A stretch of DNA of 32,000 bases from Candidatus Saccharimonadota bacterium. GTDB lineage: Bacteria > Patescibacteriota > Microgenomatia > UBA1406 > GWC2-37-13. The translations under genes were made by a program, and so were the position numbers. The notes under the pieces were generated by a model. The model made no database searches, was not told the origin of the DNA, and saw only the letters and a program-made list of their open reading frames with translations. The first letter of the stretch is position 1, and every line of letters begins with the position of its first letter. The stretch lies in NCBI GenBank assembly GCA_001790095.1, contig MGBH01000001.1:540001-572000 (forward strand), in the 5' to 3' direction. Shown here piece after piece: positions 18,899 to 27,311 of the stretch.

Positions 18899-20710
18899 TT
18901 AAGAAGACTTCTTGAACATTTTCATAAATGCGTCTTTTGAGATGTCTACGCTTCCAACTGATTTCATGAGTTTCTTGCCTTCCTTTTGTTTTTCCAGAAG
19001 TTTTCTTTTGCGTGAAAAGTCTCCTCCACCCACCATCTTTCCTTTGTGCATAAGGACGTTTTTGCGAAATGGAGAGATACGCTCTGAAGCGATGATCTTA
19101 CCTCTGTATCTTGCCTGAATCCGTATGTCAAACTGCTGGCGATGGATTACGCTTCGCAACTTCTTAGTCAGCTCAGCTCCACGTGTCATTGCGCGCTCTG
19201 CCACCACAACCTCGGAGAACTCTTCAATAGGCTCCATGTTTAACAATAGCTCAAGTTTATCCGCATCTACATGCTGATACCTTAAAAATTCCCAATCAAG
19301 AGAAGCATACCCTTGAGTCACGCTTTTGAGATTGTCAAAGAAGTCCGAGATCATTTCAGACATCGGAATCTCGTAGGTTAATGATATCTGATTTTTGTTA
19401 TCCATGGTGATAAATGAGGCTCGATAATCATCACATAGCTTCATGATAGCACCAAGATACGCTTCAGGAGTCAAGATGAGGATCTTGGCGTAAGGTTCAT
19501 AAAACTCATTGTTTTCGATTTTGTATTCTACCTGTGGTGGAGTAAGGACGATTGAAAGCTCATATTCACGCTCAAGCCGTTCGCGCACCACATCAGCATG
19601 TAGCAAACCTAAGAAACCGACTCTAAACCCTGCACCAAGAGCGCTGCTGTAGATTGAGGTAAAATGAAGTGCTGAATCGTTCAGATACAGTTTCTCAAGC
19701 GCCTTTTTCAGATTTAAATAATCTTTTGTCTCCGTCGGAAATACCGATGCATATACCATGGGCTTAACTTTTTTATAGCCGGGTAGGGGAGGGAGTTTGT
19801 GACGCATATTAATCATGGTATCCCCAATCTCAACCGAATGAATATCTTTGAGATTGGTTGCGATGTATCCTATATCTCCCTGATCCAGTCTATCAACCGG
19901 CAGCAAGTCCGGCTTGAAAATGCCCGCTTCCAAGACTTTAAAAGAATGACCCGTATGGAGCATTTTGACGTCCTGACCTTTTTCAATCTTTCCTTCAAAC
20001 ACACGAATAAATGCAATAACGCCTTTGTGTGAATCGTAGTAAGAATCAAAGATGAGAGCTTGTAAAGAATTTTCAACTTTGTGATTATTACTTTTTAATA
20101 AATTATCATTGATCGTTTTATCATTGGTGTTTGAATGAAAATTGGAATTTGGAAATTGGGTATTTTGAGGAGGAGGTATTTTTTCTATGATTGTTTGCAG
20201 GAGCTTTTCTACATTTAAACCCGTTTTTGCAGAAATCTCAAATATTTCACTCTCCTTTACTCCTAAAAAATCGGTCAACTGCTTTTTTGTTTTTGACACC
20301 TCGGCATTAGCCATATCAACTTTATTGACTACAGGAATAATCACCAGGCTTTTTTCTATCGCCTTATAAGCGTTTGCGATCGTCTGCGCCTGCACCCCTT
20401 GGGTCGCATCAACAAGCAAAACTACCCCCTCAACACAAGCTAACGTACGATCTACTTCATAGGAAAAATCTACGTGTCCCGGTGTATCGATCAGGTTGAG
20501 TGTGTACTCATGATATTTCATGGTCACAGGAGCTAATTTTATGGTGATACCGCGTTCGCGCGATATGGGATTACGGTCTAAGAATTGTTCTTCATGGCTA
20601 CCTGCCTTGACGATACCTGTCAACTCCAATAGTCGATCGGCAAGAGTTGACTTGCCGTGGTCTACATGAGCGATAATGGCAAAATTTCGTATGAGGGAAG
20701 TATCTATCAT
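18899..20710 (-). CDS. lepA: Translation elongation factor 4 (LepA)
   Basis: 603-aa ORF with IRNFAIIAHVDHGKSTLADRLL, DTPGHVDF, NKVD, and the LepA-specific C-terminus (...YGGGDxSRKRKLLEKQKEGKK.MK). Confidence 0.93.
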   Translation of the reverse strand: MIDTSLIRNFAIIAHVDHGKSTLADRLLELTGIVKAGSHEEQFLDRNPISRERGITIKLAPVTMKYHEYTLNLIDTPGHVDFSYEVDRTLACVEGVVLLVDATQGVQAQTIANAYKAIEKSLVIIPVVNKVDMANAEVSKTKKQLTDFLGVKESEIFEISAKTGLNVEKLLQTIIEKIPPPQNTQFPNSNFHSNTNDKTINDNLLKSNNHKVENSLQALIFDSYYDSHKGVIAFIRVFEGKIEKGQDVKMLHTGHSFKVLEAGIFKPDLLPVDRLDQGDIGYIATNLKDIHSVEIGDTMINMRHKLPPLPGYKKVKPMVYASVFPTETKDYLNLKKALEKLYLNDSALHFTSIYSSALGAGFRVGFLGLLHADVVRERLEREYELSIVLTPPQVEYKIENNEFYEPYAKILILTPEAYLGAIMKLCDDYRASFITMDNKNQISLTYEIPMSEMISDFFDNLKSVTQGYASLDWEFLRYQHVDADKLELLLNMEPIEEFSEVVVAERAMTRGAELTKKLRSVIHRQQFDIRIQARYRGKIIASERISPFRKNVLMHKGKMVGGGDFSRKRKLLEKQKEGKKLMKSVGSVDISKDAFMKMFKKSS

Positions 20711-20715
20711 AGAGA

Positions 20716-22149
20716 TTATTCAACTTTCAGAATCTTTACAGTCGAAGTCTGTCCTTGGGATGCCCAGTATTCACCATGCAAAACAATAAGAATGTCACCC
20801 CTTTTTGTTAATTTTTGTTTTTTCAGATATGCGACTGCTTTTATGATATCTTCTTTGTTTACTCTTGTTTTTTTACCGATCTGTTTAAAACAGAAGGGGA
20901 TTACTCCGTACTGTAAAGTTAAGCTCTCACTGATTTTATCTTGCGGATCAAAAGCAAAGATAGGGATAAGAGGTCTGTAACGGGAAAGCAGGCGTATGGT
21001 TTTCCCCGTGTGGGTAAAGGCTAAGAATCCTGCAATATGCTCTTTTCGCTTGCGGTACTCAAGATATAGGCCATATGCGGTATCACACATTATCGCATCT
21101 TGATCTTCTTTCTGAAAATCAAATCGTTTACGGCTATCCACCATGTTCTTGCGTTCATTAAAAGCAACCGTCTTACTCATGACCCGTACCGCCTCAACAG
21201 GATATTTTCCAGTTGCAGTCTCTCCAGAGAGCATCACTGCATCTGTCAAATCGTAGGTAGCATTGGCGATGTCTGATATCTCAGCGCGTGTTGGAAATGG
21301 TTTTTCAATCATGCTTTCAAGCATTTGTGTGGCTGTTATCACCGGGATTCCTTTTTTAATACTTTTTTTAATAATTATCTTTTGGTGATATGGAACTTCT
21401 TCGATTGGAAGCTCTACTCCCAAATCTCCTCTTGCGACCATAATACCATCACTTATCTCAATGATCTCATCAAGGTGTTTCAAGGCTTTTTCTGTCTCAA
21501 TTTTTGCAATAAGCTTTGCTTCGACATGATACTTTTTCATCTCCTCCCTCACGACCAAGATGTCTTCCGGACTTCTTACAAAAGAAAGGGCTACGAAATC
21601 AATCTCATTGCGTTCGGCCAGCTTTAATCCTTCAAAGTCTCGATCCACCAGGACCGGAAACGGGAAATCGGCGCCTGGGATATTTAACGCTTTTCTGTTT
21701 TTAAGAACGCCATTTGAATGGGATCGCAGGTATGTCTTTTCACCATTTTTTTCAAACGTGAAAGAAAAAGAACCACTGTCTGCAACGATTTTTTGTCCCT
21801 CTTTAAGGTGTTTTATGATCTGGGGATGTGAAATGGAGAATCCCTTTGATGACTGTTTATACACATCCTCTCCAAAGACAAGAAGATCATTTTCACGTAT
21901 GATAAGCTCATCCTGGGGCATGTTTATGCGAATCTCCGGTCCTTGTAGATCAATGAGGGTTCCAACTGGCTTATTAAGTCTTTTTGAAACCTTGTTTACT
22001 CGCCTTATCCGTTCATTATGCCAAGAGATGATGTTGTGTTTGAAGTTAAAACGAAACAAGTTTACCCCCGCATGGATGAGTTCTTCAACTGTGTCTTCAG
22101 AATCTGATGTAGGACCAATCGTTGCTACGATCTTGGTAAGCTTATCCAT
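20716..22149 (-). CDS. pyk: Pyruvate kinase
   Basis: 477-aa ORF with TKIVATIGPTS, NFKHN, IAKIE, MVARGDLGVE.P and ATQMLESM. TATAAT lies 9 nt upstream of the ATG on the minus strand. Confidence 0.92.
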   Translation of the reverse strand: MDKLTKIVATIGPTSDSEDTVEELIHAGVNLFRFNFKHNIISWHNERIRRVNKVSKRLNKPVGTLIDLQGPEIRINMPQDELIIRENDLLVFGEDVYKQSSKGFSISHPQIIKHLKEGQKIVADSGSFSFTFEKNGEKTYLRSHSNGVLKNRKALNIPGADFPFPVLVDRDFEGLKLAERNEIDFVALSFVRSPEDILVVREEMKKYHVEAKLIAKIETEKALKHLDEIIEISDGIMVARGDLGVELPIEEVPYHQKIIIKKSIKKGIPVITATQMLESMIEKPFPTRAEISDIANATYDLTDAVMLSGETATGKYPVEAVRVMSKTVAFNERKNMVDSRKRFDFQKEDQDAIMCDTAYGLYLEYRKRKEHIAGFLAFTHTGKTIRLLSRYRPLIPIFAFDPQDKISESLTLQYGVIPFCFKQIGKKTRVNKEDIIKAVAYLKKQKLTKRGDILIVLHGEYWASQGQTSTVKILKVE

Positions 22150-22179
22150 AGGCTTACTATTATAACAAACTATTCAAAC

Positions 22180-23433
22180 TCACGTACCCTCTCTCCATGA
22201 TTCCAAATATTTTTTTTGCTTTGCGCTTAGAGAGTCTATCTCTACTTTTTCAGCTTTGAGCTTGAGTCTGGCTATCTCTTGATCAAGTTCATCTGGAAGT
22301 TTATACACCTTATGCTCAAGGCTGTCTTTGTTTTTCCACATGTACTCACTTGCAAATGCCTGGCCGGCAAAACTCATATCCATAACCGATGCGGGATGAC
22401 CTTCAGCTGATGCAAGATTGACAAGTCTTCCTTGGGCCAATAAATATATTTTTTTTGCTCCAAGATCATACTCTTCTACATATGGCCTTACTGATACTGA
22501 TTTCTTTGATAATTTTTTTAAGGCTCCCTTGTTTATCTCTACATCAAAATGTCCTGAGTTGGCGATAATAATTCCGTTTTTTGCAACTTTCAGATGATGC
22601 TCATCTACCACATGTTTATTACCCGTGACAGTAACCAATATATCGGCCTCTTTTATGGCATCTATCATGGGTTTTACCATAAATCCGTCCATTTTTGCCT
22701 CAAGAGCCTTGATCGGATCAATCTCTGTCACGATCACCAAAGCTCCCATACCGCGAGCCCTCATCGCAAGCCCTCTTCCACACCAACCATAACCAGCCAC
22801 CACAAAAGTTCGTCCTGCAAGTAAGATGTTGGTCGCACGTATTACCCCGTCGATCGTCGATTGACCGGTACCATACCTGTTGTCAAAAAGATGTTTCGTC
22901 AGATTGTCGTTAACCGCAAGCACCGGAATCTTAAGCGCTTTATCCTTTTCCATGGCTTTAAGCCGTATGACCCCTGTTGTCGTCTCTTCAGTTGACCCCA
23001 CAACTATCTTAAGCAAGTGTTTATATGTGCTGTGTATCATCCCCACCAAATCAGCTCCGTCATCCATGGTTTGATTTGGATTCGTATCTAACACTGCTCT
23101 AAGATGTTGATAATATGTCTTGTTGTCCTCACCCTTTATGGCAAAGACCGGGATGTGGAAATCCTTGACTAGGGATGATGCAACCATATCGTTGGTTGAG
23201 AGGGGATTGCTAGCACAAAGATACACACTCGCACCTCCCTCTTTCAAAGTTATGGCGAGATTTGCAGTTTCACTTGTTACGTGGAGACAAGCTGCAAGTT
23301 TTACTCCTTTTAGGGGTTTTTCTTCGTGAAATCTTTTTTTAATCAACCGTAATACAGGCATATCCCGTTCTGCCCATGCTATGAGCTTTTTTCCTTGTGA
23401 GCTTAAGTTTATATCTGAAATGTCGTATTTCAT
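22180..23433 (-). CDS. ahcY: Adenosylhomocysteinase (SAH hydrolase)
   Basis: 417-aa ORF with AWAERDMPVL, ACLHVTSETANL, MDDGADL, EETTTGV, NDNLTKHLFDNRYGTGQS and the NAD site VAGYGWCGRG. Confidence 0.93.
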   Translation of the reverse strand: MKYDISDINLSSQGKKLIAWAERDMPVLRLIKKRFHEEKPLKGVKLAACLHVTSETANLAITLKEGGASVYLCASNPLSTNDMVASSLVKDFHIPVFAIKGEDNKTYYQHLRAVLDTNPNQTMDDGADLVGMIHSTYKHLLKIVVGSTEETTTGVIRLKAMEKDKALKIPVLAVNDNLTKHLFDNRYGTGQSTIDGVIRATNILLAGRTFVVAGYGWCGRGLAMRARGMGALVIVTEIDPIKALEAKMDGFMVKPMIDAIKEADILVTVTGNKHVVDEHHLKVAKNGIIIANSGHFDVEINKGALKKLSKKSVSVRPYVEEYDLGAKKIYLLAQGRLVNLASAEGHPASVMDMSFAGQAFASEYMWKNKDSLEHKVYKLPDELDQEIARLKLKAEKVEIDSLSAKQKKYLESWREGT

Positions 23434-24398
23434 ACAATTTGCTTTAAACGCTTATTAAATTCCCCCTTACTGATTTTATAATTCACCGTTCCGTACTTCT
23501 CAATCGCAAAACTTGCTGCAACATTTCCAATTTTTAAACAATCTATCATATCATACCCATATGATTTTGCCATCATAAATCCACCCCTCCATGCATCTCC
23601 TGCACCTGTTGGGTCGATGACTCTTTTTACCCTATATGCAGGAATCTCAATTACTTCATCTAATGATTCATACGTTACTCCCTTTTCTCCCATAGTCGTA
23701 ATGATGGCAACTCCTTTTTTAACTAGTTCTTTCAAAGATTTTTTTGTTCTTTTGATGATCCTTGCTATCTCATAATCGTTTCCAATCAAATACTTTGCAT
23801 GGATTGTGCCTTTTAAGAGATCTGGGTCCTTTATCCAGGTAAGAGTCATCCCAGCATCGTATACATAATCTATATTGTTATCAATTGCATACTTTTGCGC
23901 TGCTAAAAATGCATGGGGATGATTTGCAGAAACGATAAGTAAACTCTTGTTATCTACACATCCTTTTAAATCCGCCCTTCCTCCATCTTCACACGCTCCA
24001 TAATAAAACCCCCATATTTGATTATCCTTTATATCGGTTATGACTGATCCATGGGCTGAAAACTTTGTCTTATTGATGATGATGCCCTGGACATTGATTC
24101 CATTTTTTTTGAAAAGGGAAAGGTGATCTTTTCCATCTTTTCCCAAAGCTCCCAGTACATATATTTTTTTTTGTTTTAAACTGTCTTGATCAAGTATCTG
24201 TTTTCTCACTTGACTTGCCCCGTATGCGATGTTAGTAGCTGTACCACCTATCTGCTTCTCAAGAGTTTTGACAACAAATGATACATTCAACTCATGAAGT
24301 TTGTCTTTCTGAAGAAAATCAACAAAACGATAGGGAAAATCCATGATAGTATCCCATGACATTGAACCTGTCACTACAATATGAGAATATTTTTTCAT
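23430..24398 (-). CDS. PfkB/ribokinase-family sugar or nucleoside kinase, probably adenosine kinase
   Basis: ORF carrying the PfkB signature DPTGAGDAWRGGF. The preferred start is ATG at 24398 (MKKYSHIVVTG...), which forms an ATGA overlap with the metK stop. There is also an ATGA overlap with the ahcY start at 23430-23433. The adenosine kinase role is inferred from context only. Confidence 0.7.
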   Translation of the reverse strand: MKKYSHIVVTGSMSWDTIMDFPYRFVDFLQKDKLHELNVSFVVKTLEKQIGGTATNIAYGASQVRKQILDQDSLKQKKIYVLGALGKDGKDHLSLFKKNGINVQGIIINKTKFSAHGSVITDIKDNQIWGFYYGACEDGGRADLKGCVDNKSLLIVSANHPHAFLAAQKYAIDNNIDYVYDAGMTLTWIKDPDLLKGTIHAKYLIGNDYEIARIIKRTKKSLKELVKKGVAIITTMGEKGVTYESLDEVIEIPAYRVKRVIDPTGAGDAWRGGFMMAKSYGYDMIDCLKIGNVAASFAIEKYGTVNYKISKGEFNKRLKQIV

Positions 24399-25504
24399 TG
24401 CAATGTCACTTTCTCCCATGGAAACTCCTCTCTTCCAAAATGTCCATACGATGCGGTACTAAGGTATATCGGCCGTCGCAGATGAAGTCCGTCAAGGATA
24501 CCTTTTACCGAGGTGTCAAGGATTTTTTCCATATAGTCTTTGATGACTTTGTGAGACTTTGTCTCTGTCCCAAATGTCTCTACTTCCTGCATTACGGGTT
24601 TTTTTGCGCCGATAAAATAAGCGATCCGGACCTCGCAGCGTGATGCAAGTTTTGCGGCAACTATGTTTTTTGCTAAAAAGCGTGCGGCATATGCTCCTGA
24701 TCTATCCACTTTGGTCGGATCTTTGCCCGAAAATGCACCGCCGCCTACTCTCGCCATGCCACCATAGGTATCAACGATTATTTTCCGTCCCGTGACACCT
24801 GTATCAGATGACGGTCCTCCGATATGCCATACTCCGGTCCCATTTACTATGATGTCTTTTGGGTTAACTTTGAATCCATACTTTTCCAAAACCGGCTTAA
24901 CCACATACGTATATAGATCTTTTTTTACCTGTAAAAGCGATGTGTCTTCATTATGCGGCACCGCCAACACTACCTGTTCTATGCTTTTTGGCACCCCATT
25001 TTCATAACCGACACTTACCTGAGTTTTGCCGTCTGGGCGAAGATAGGAAAGGGTAGAGTCCTTGCGAACTGTATCTATCATCTTTGCTAACTCATGCGAA
25101 AGAGTGATCGGTAAAGGCATGAACGATTTTGTCTCATCACAAGCATATCCAAACATCATCCCCTGATCGCCAGCTCCTTGCATATCCACTCCTTGTGCGA
25201 TCTCCGGAGACTGAGTGTGGATCTTTATAATAATGGGGGATTGGTCTGTAAAGCCAAGCCTCTTGTCAGTGTAGCCAAGCTGCTTTATCATATTTTGAGC
25301 AATTCTCTTGTAAGAAAGTTTTCCCCTTACCGTAACCTCTCCTGCCAAAGTCACAAAATTTTTTGTAACTAAAGCTTCAACGGCCACGCGTGCGAATCTG
25401 TCTTGTCGTAATGCTGCATCAAGTATCGAATCTGAGATCTGATCACAAATTTTATCGGGGTGTCCGCTACAGACGGACTCGGAGGTGAAAGAAGAATACT
25501 GCAT
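24395..25504 (-). CDS. metK: S-adenosylmethionine synthase
   Basis: From ATG at 25504: MQYSSFTSESVCSGHPDKICDQISDSILDA..., with GAGDQGMMFGYA, GGPSSDTGVTGRKIIVDTYGG and GGGAFSGKDPTKVDRS. The 34 extra N-terminal residues in the ORF track are the translated riboswitch and are not credible. Confidence 0.93.
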   Translation of the reverse strand: MQYSSFTSESVCSGHPDKICDQISDSILDAALRQDRFARVAVEALVTKNFVTLAGEVTVRGKLSYKRIAQNMIKQLGYTDKRLGFTDQSPIIIKIHTQSPEIAQGVDMQGAGDQGMMFGYACDETKSFMPLPITLSHELAKMIDTVRKDSTLSYLRPDGKTQVSVGYENGVPKSIEQVVLAVPHNEDTSLLQVKKDLYTYVVKPVLEKYGFKVNPKDIIVNGTGVWHIGGPSSDTGVTGRKIIVDTYGGMARVGGGAFSGKDPTKVDRSGAYAARFLAKNIVAAKLASRCEVRIAYFIGAKKPVMQEVETFGTETKSHKVIKDYMEKILDTSVKGILDGLHLRRPIYLSTASYGHFGREEFPWEKVTLQ

Positions 25505-25530
25505 ATATATATTTCCATTAATTAATAATG

Positions 25531-25670
25531 GCCTATCTTTCTCCCGCCAAGGCGGGAGACGGATGAAGCACCGTGACCCGCTTAAGCGAGCTCGGTTGCT
25601 GGACAAAAAAACACAAGCCGTTTCTTGCGTTGACCATGTGTCAACATTTTGTCCCTCTTGATATTTTAGG
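25531..25670 (-). promoter_or_regulatory. SAM riboswitch (SAM-I clan) in the metK 5' leader
   Basis: The minus-strand RNA shows these elements:
- P1 5' strand / junction: UAUCAAGAG
- P2: GGACAAAA...UUUUGUCC
- J2/3: AGCAACC
- P3: CGAGCUCGCUUAAGCGGGUCACG
- Conserved GGUGCUUCAUCC
- P4: GUCUCCCGCCUUGGCGGGAGA
- P1 3' strand: AAGAUAGGC

The conserved AUCAAGAG / GCAACC / GGUGC / AAAGAU blocks appear in SAM-I order, directly upstream of metK. A TATAAT on the minus strand sits at the complement of 25681-25686. Confidence 0.7.
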
Positions 25671-25695
25671 CGTAAAAATAATTATAACAGATGTC

Positions 25696-26427
25696 TCAAT
25701 ATAACTCTGCGTATTTTTTTGTTGTTTCTTTTATGTCTCCAAAAAAAAGCTGTTTCCCTTCATTGAGAAGAAGCCCTTTATCACAGTATTTCTCCAACTG
25801 TTCCGGACCATGACTTACCATAACCATAGTGCTTCCACTTCTTCTAAACTCCTCCATCCTTTTCAAGCATTTTTGTTGAAATTTTATGTCTCCAACAGCC
25901 AATATCTCATCAACCAGTAGAATATCGGGCGTTTCGGCTACTGCTACAGAAAATGCAAGTCGGGTATACATGCCTGAGGAGTAGTATTTGATAGGTTGAT
26001 CCATGAATTCCTTAAGTTCGGAAAACGCAACAATTTCATCATATAGTCTATCCATCTGTTTTTTGCGGATTCCCAGTATCGATCCGTTGAGATATACATT
26101 TTCCCGACCGGTTAGTTCAGGATGAAATCCTGCCCCAAGCTCAATAAGAGGTGCTATACGGCCATTGACAGTGATCCGTCCGTCCGATGGCTTGGTGACT
26201 CCTGCGATGATCTTCAAAAGGGTCGATTTTCCTGATCCGTTTCTTCCCAGTATCCCCAATGACTCTCCTTTTTTTATCTCTATATTTATGTGAGAAAGTG
26301 CATTAAATTTGATAAGAGTCTCCTGACGCCCTAATAGCGCTGGTATGAATTCTTTAAAAGTACGATGTTTTTGCAACCGATAGATTTTGCTGATATTTTC
26401 AGCCTTAATAGCGATATGGTTATACAT
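25696..26427 (-). CDS. ABC transporter ATP-binding protein, polysaccharide/teichoic-acid export type (Wzt/TagH-like, short form)
   Basis: Contains Walker A GRNGSGKSTLLK, the signature YSSGMYTRLAF and Walker B ILLVDE. ATG at 26427 (MYNHIAIKAENISKIY) is preferred over the TTG at 26436 used in the ORF track. Confidence 0.85.
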   Translation of the reverse strand: MYNHIAIKAENISKIYRLQKHRTFKEFIPALLGRQETLIKFNALSHINIEIKKGESLGILGRNGSGKSTLLKIIAGVTKPSDGRITVNGRIAPLIELGAGFHPELTGRENVYLNGSILGIRKKQMDRLYDEIVAFSELKEFMDQPIKYYSSGMYTRLAFSVAVAETPDILLVDEILAVGDIKFQQKCLKRMEEFRRSGSTMVMVSHGPEQLEKYCDKGLLLNEGKQLFFGDIKETTKKYAELY

Positions 26428-27244
26428 AGTCTGCAAATTCTCCTTCTAACTTTTTGAAAAATAGAAAACCTACGATAAACACTCCAACTGAGATAGCTAG
26501 GGCGATGCTGAGACTGTTTAGATTTGGCCCTGCACCTGACAGCATGACCTGTCTAAAAGCGTTTATGATAACAGCCATAGGGTTTAAAGCAAATAGGAAT
26601 CGATATCTCTCAGGCAACATCTCAACTGGATACATAATAGGAGTGAGATACATCCACATAGTAAGAACAAGACTGAGCAGATATTGAATGTCTCGATAAA
26701 ACAGATTAAGGGCTGCAAGAATAAGCGAAAGCCCCATGGTAAATATCACCTGGATCAAAAGAATAAGGGGGACCCAGAGGATGTGGATCGTAATGTTTGT
26801 CTTAAAAATAATAAAGAAAAAAACAAGGACTATGCATGAATAAAAAAAATCGACGAGTTTTGCGATGATGGTCGCATACACCAGTATCTCCCGTGGAAAG
26901 TATATTTTAGTGATCAGACTGCTATTTCCAACAAGCGCACTGGTTGAACTGGTTAAGCTTAATACAAATAGATTCCAAGGGAGAAGGGCAACAGATAAAA
27001 AGATGATAAAGGGTACTCCAAGTGAGTCAACCTTTAACACAACCGAAAAAACAAAGTTCATGGTTATAAGCTGAAAAAGCGGGTTTAGGACTACCCATGC
27101 GTAACCCAGCACCGACTGTTTATACCGTTGGGTTATTTCCCTATGAGCTAGATTCCAGAGAAGTTCTCGGTAAAACCAAAGCAGCTGTATATTTTTGTAT
27201 AGTTTGTTCGCCTTATGAGTCAAGGGTGTCATTATTACTGTCAT
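26420..27244 (-). CDS. ABC-2 type transporter permease (Wzm/TagG-like)
   Basis: Polytopic ORF. YRELLWNLAHREITQRYKQSVLGYAWVVLNP is the ABC-2 polysaccharide-exporter N-terminal motif. The start is uncertain: ATG 27244 (MTVIMTPL...) or the next ATG four codons downstream. Confidence 0.8.
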   Translation of the reverse strand: MTVIMTPLTHKANKLYKNIQLLWFYRELLWNLAHREITQRYKQSVLGYAWVVLNPLFQLITMNFVFSVVLKVDSLGVPFIIFLSVALLPWNLFVLSLTSSTSALVGNSSLITKIYFPREILVYATIIAKLVDFFYSCIVLVFFFIIFKTNITIHILWVPLILLIQVIFTMGLSLILAALNLFYRDIQYLLSLVLTMWMYLTPIMYPVEMLPERYRFLFALNPMAVIINAFRQVMLSGAGPNLNSLSIALAISVGVFIVGFLFFKKLEGEFADYV

Positions 27245-27311
27245 TGTAACATATAGAGCCTTAAATGAGATTGACTTTTGAACCAAAAACACTTATAGTA
27301 TATTGTCATAC

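Noticed and set aside
25505-25606. 34 extra N-terminal codons on metK in the ORF track (MSSNRARLSGSRCFIRLPPWREKDRPLLINGNIY)
   Set aside because: MetK homologues start at the MQYSSFTSESV... position. The extension is the GC-rich riboswitch aptamer read in frame.
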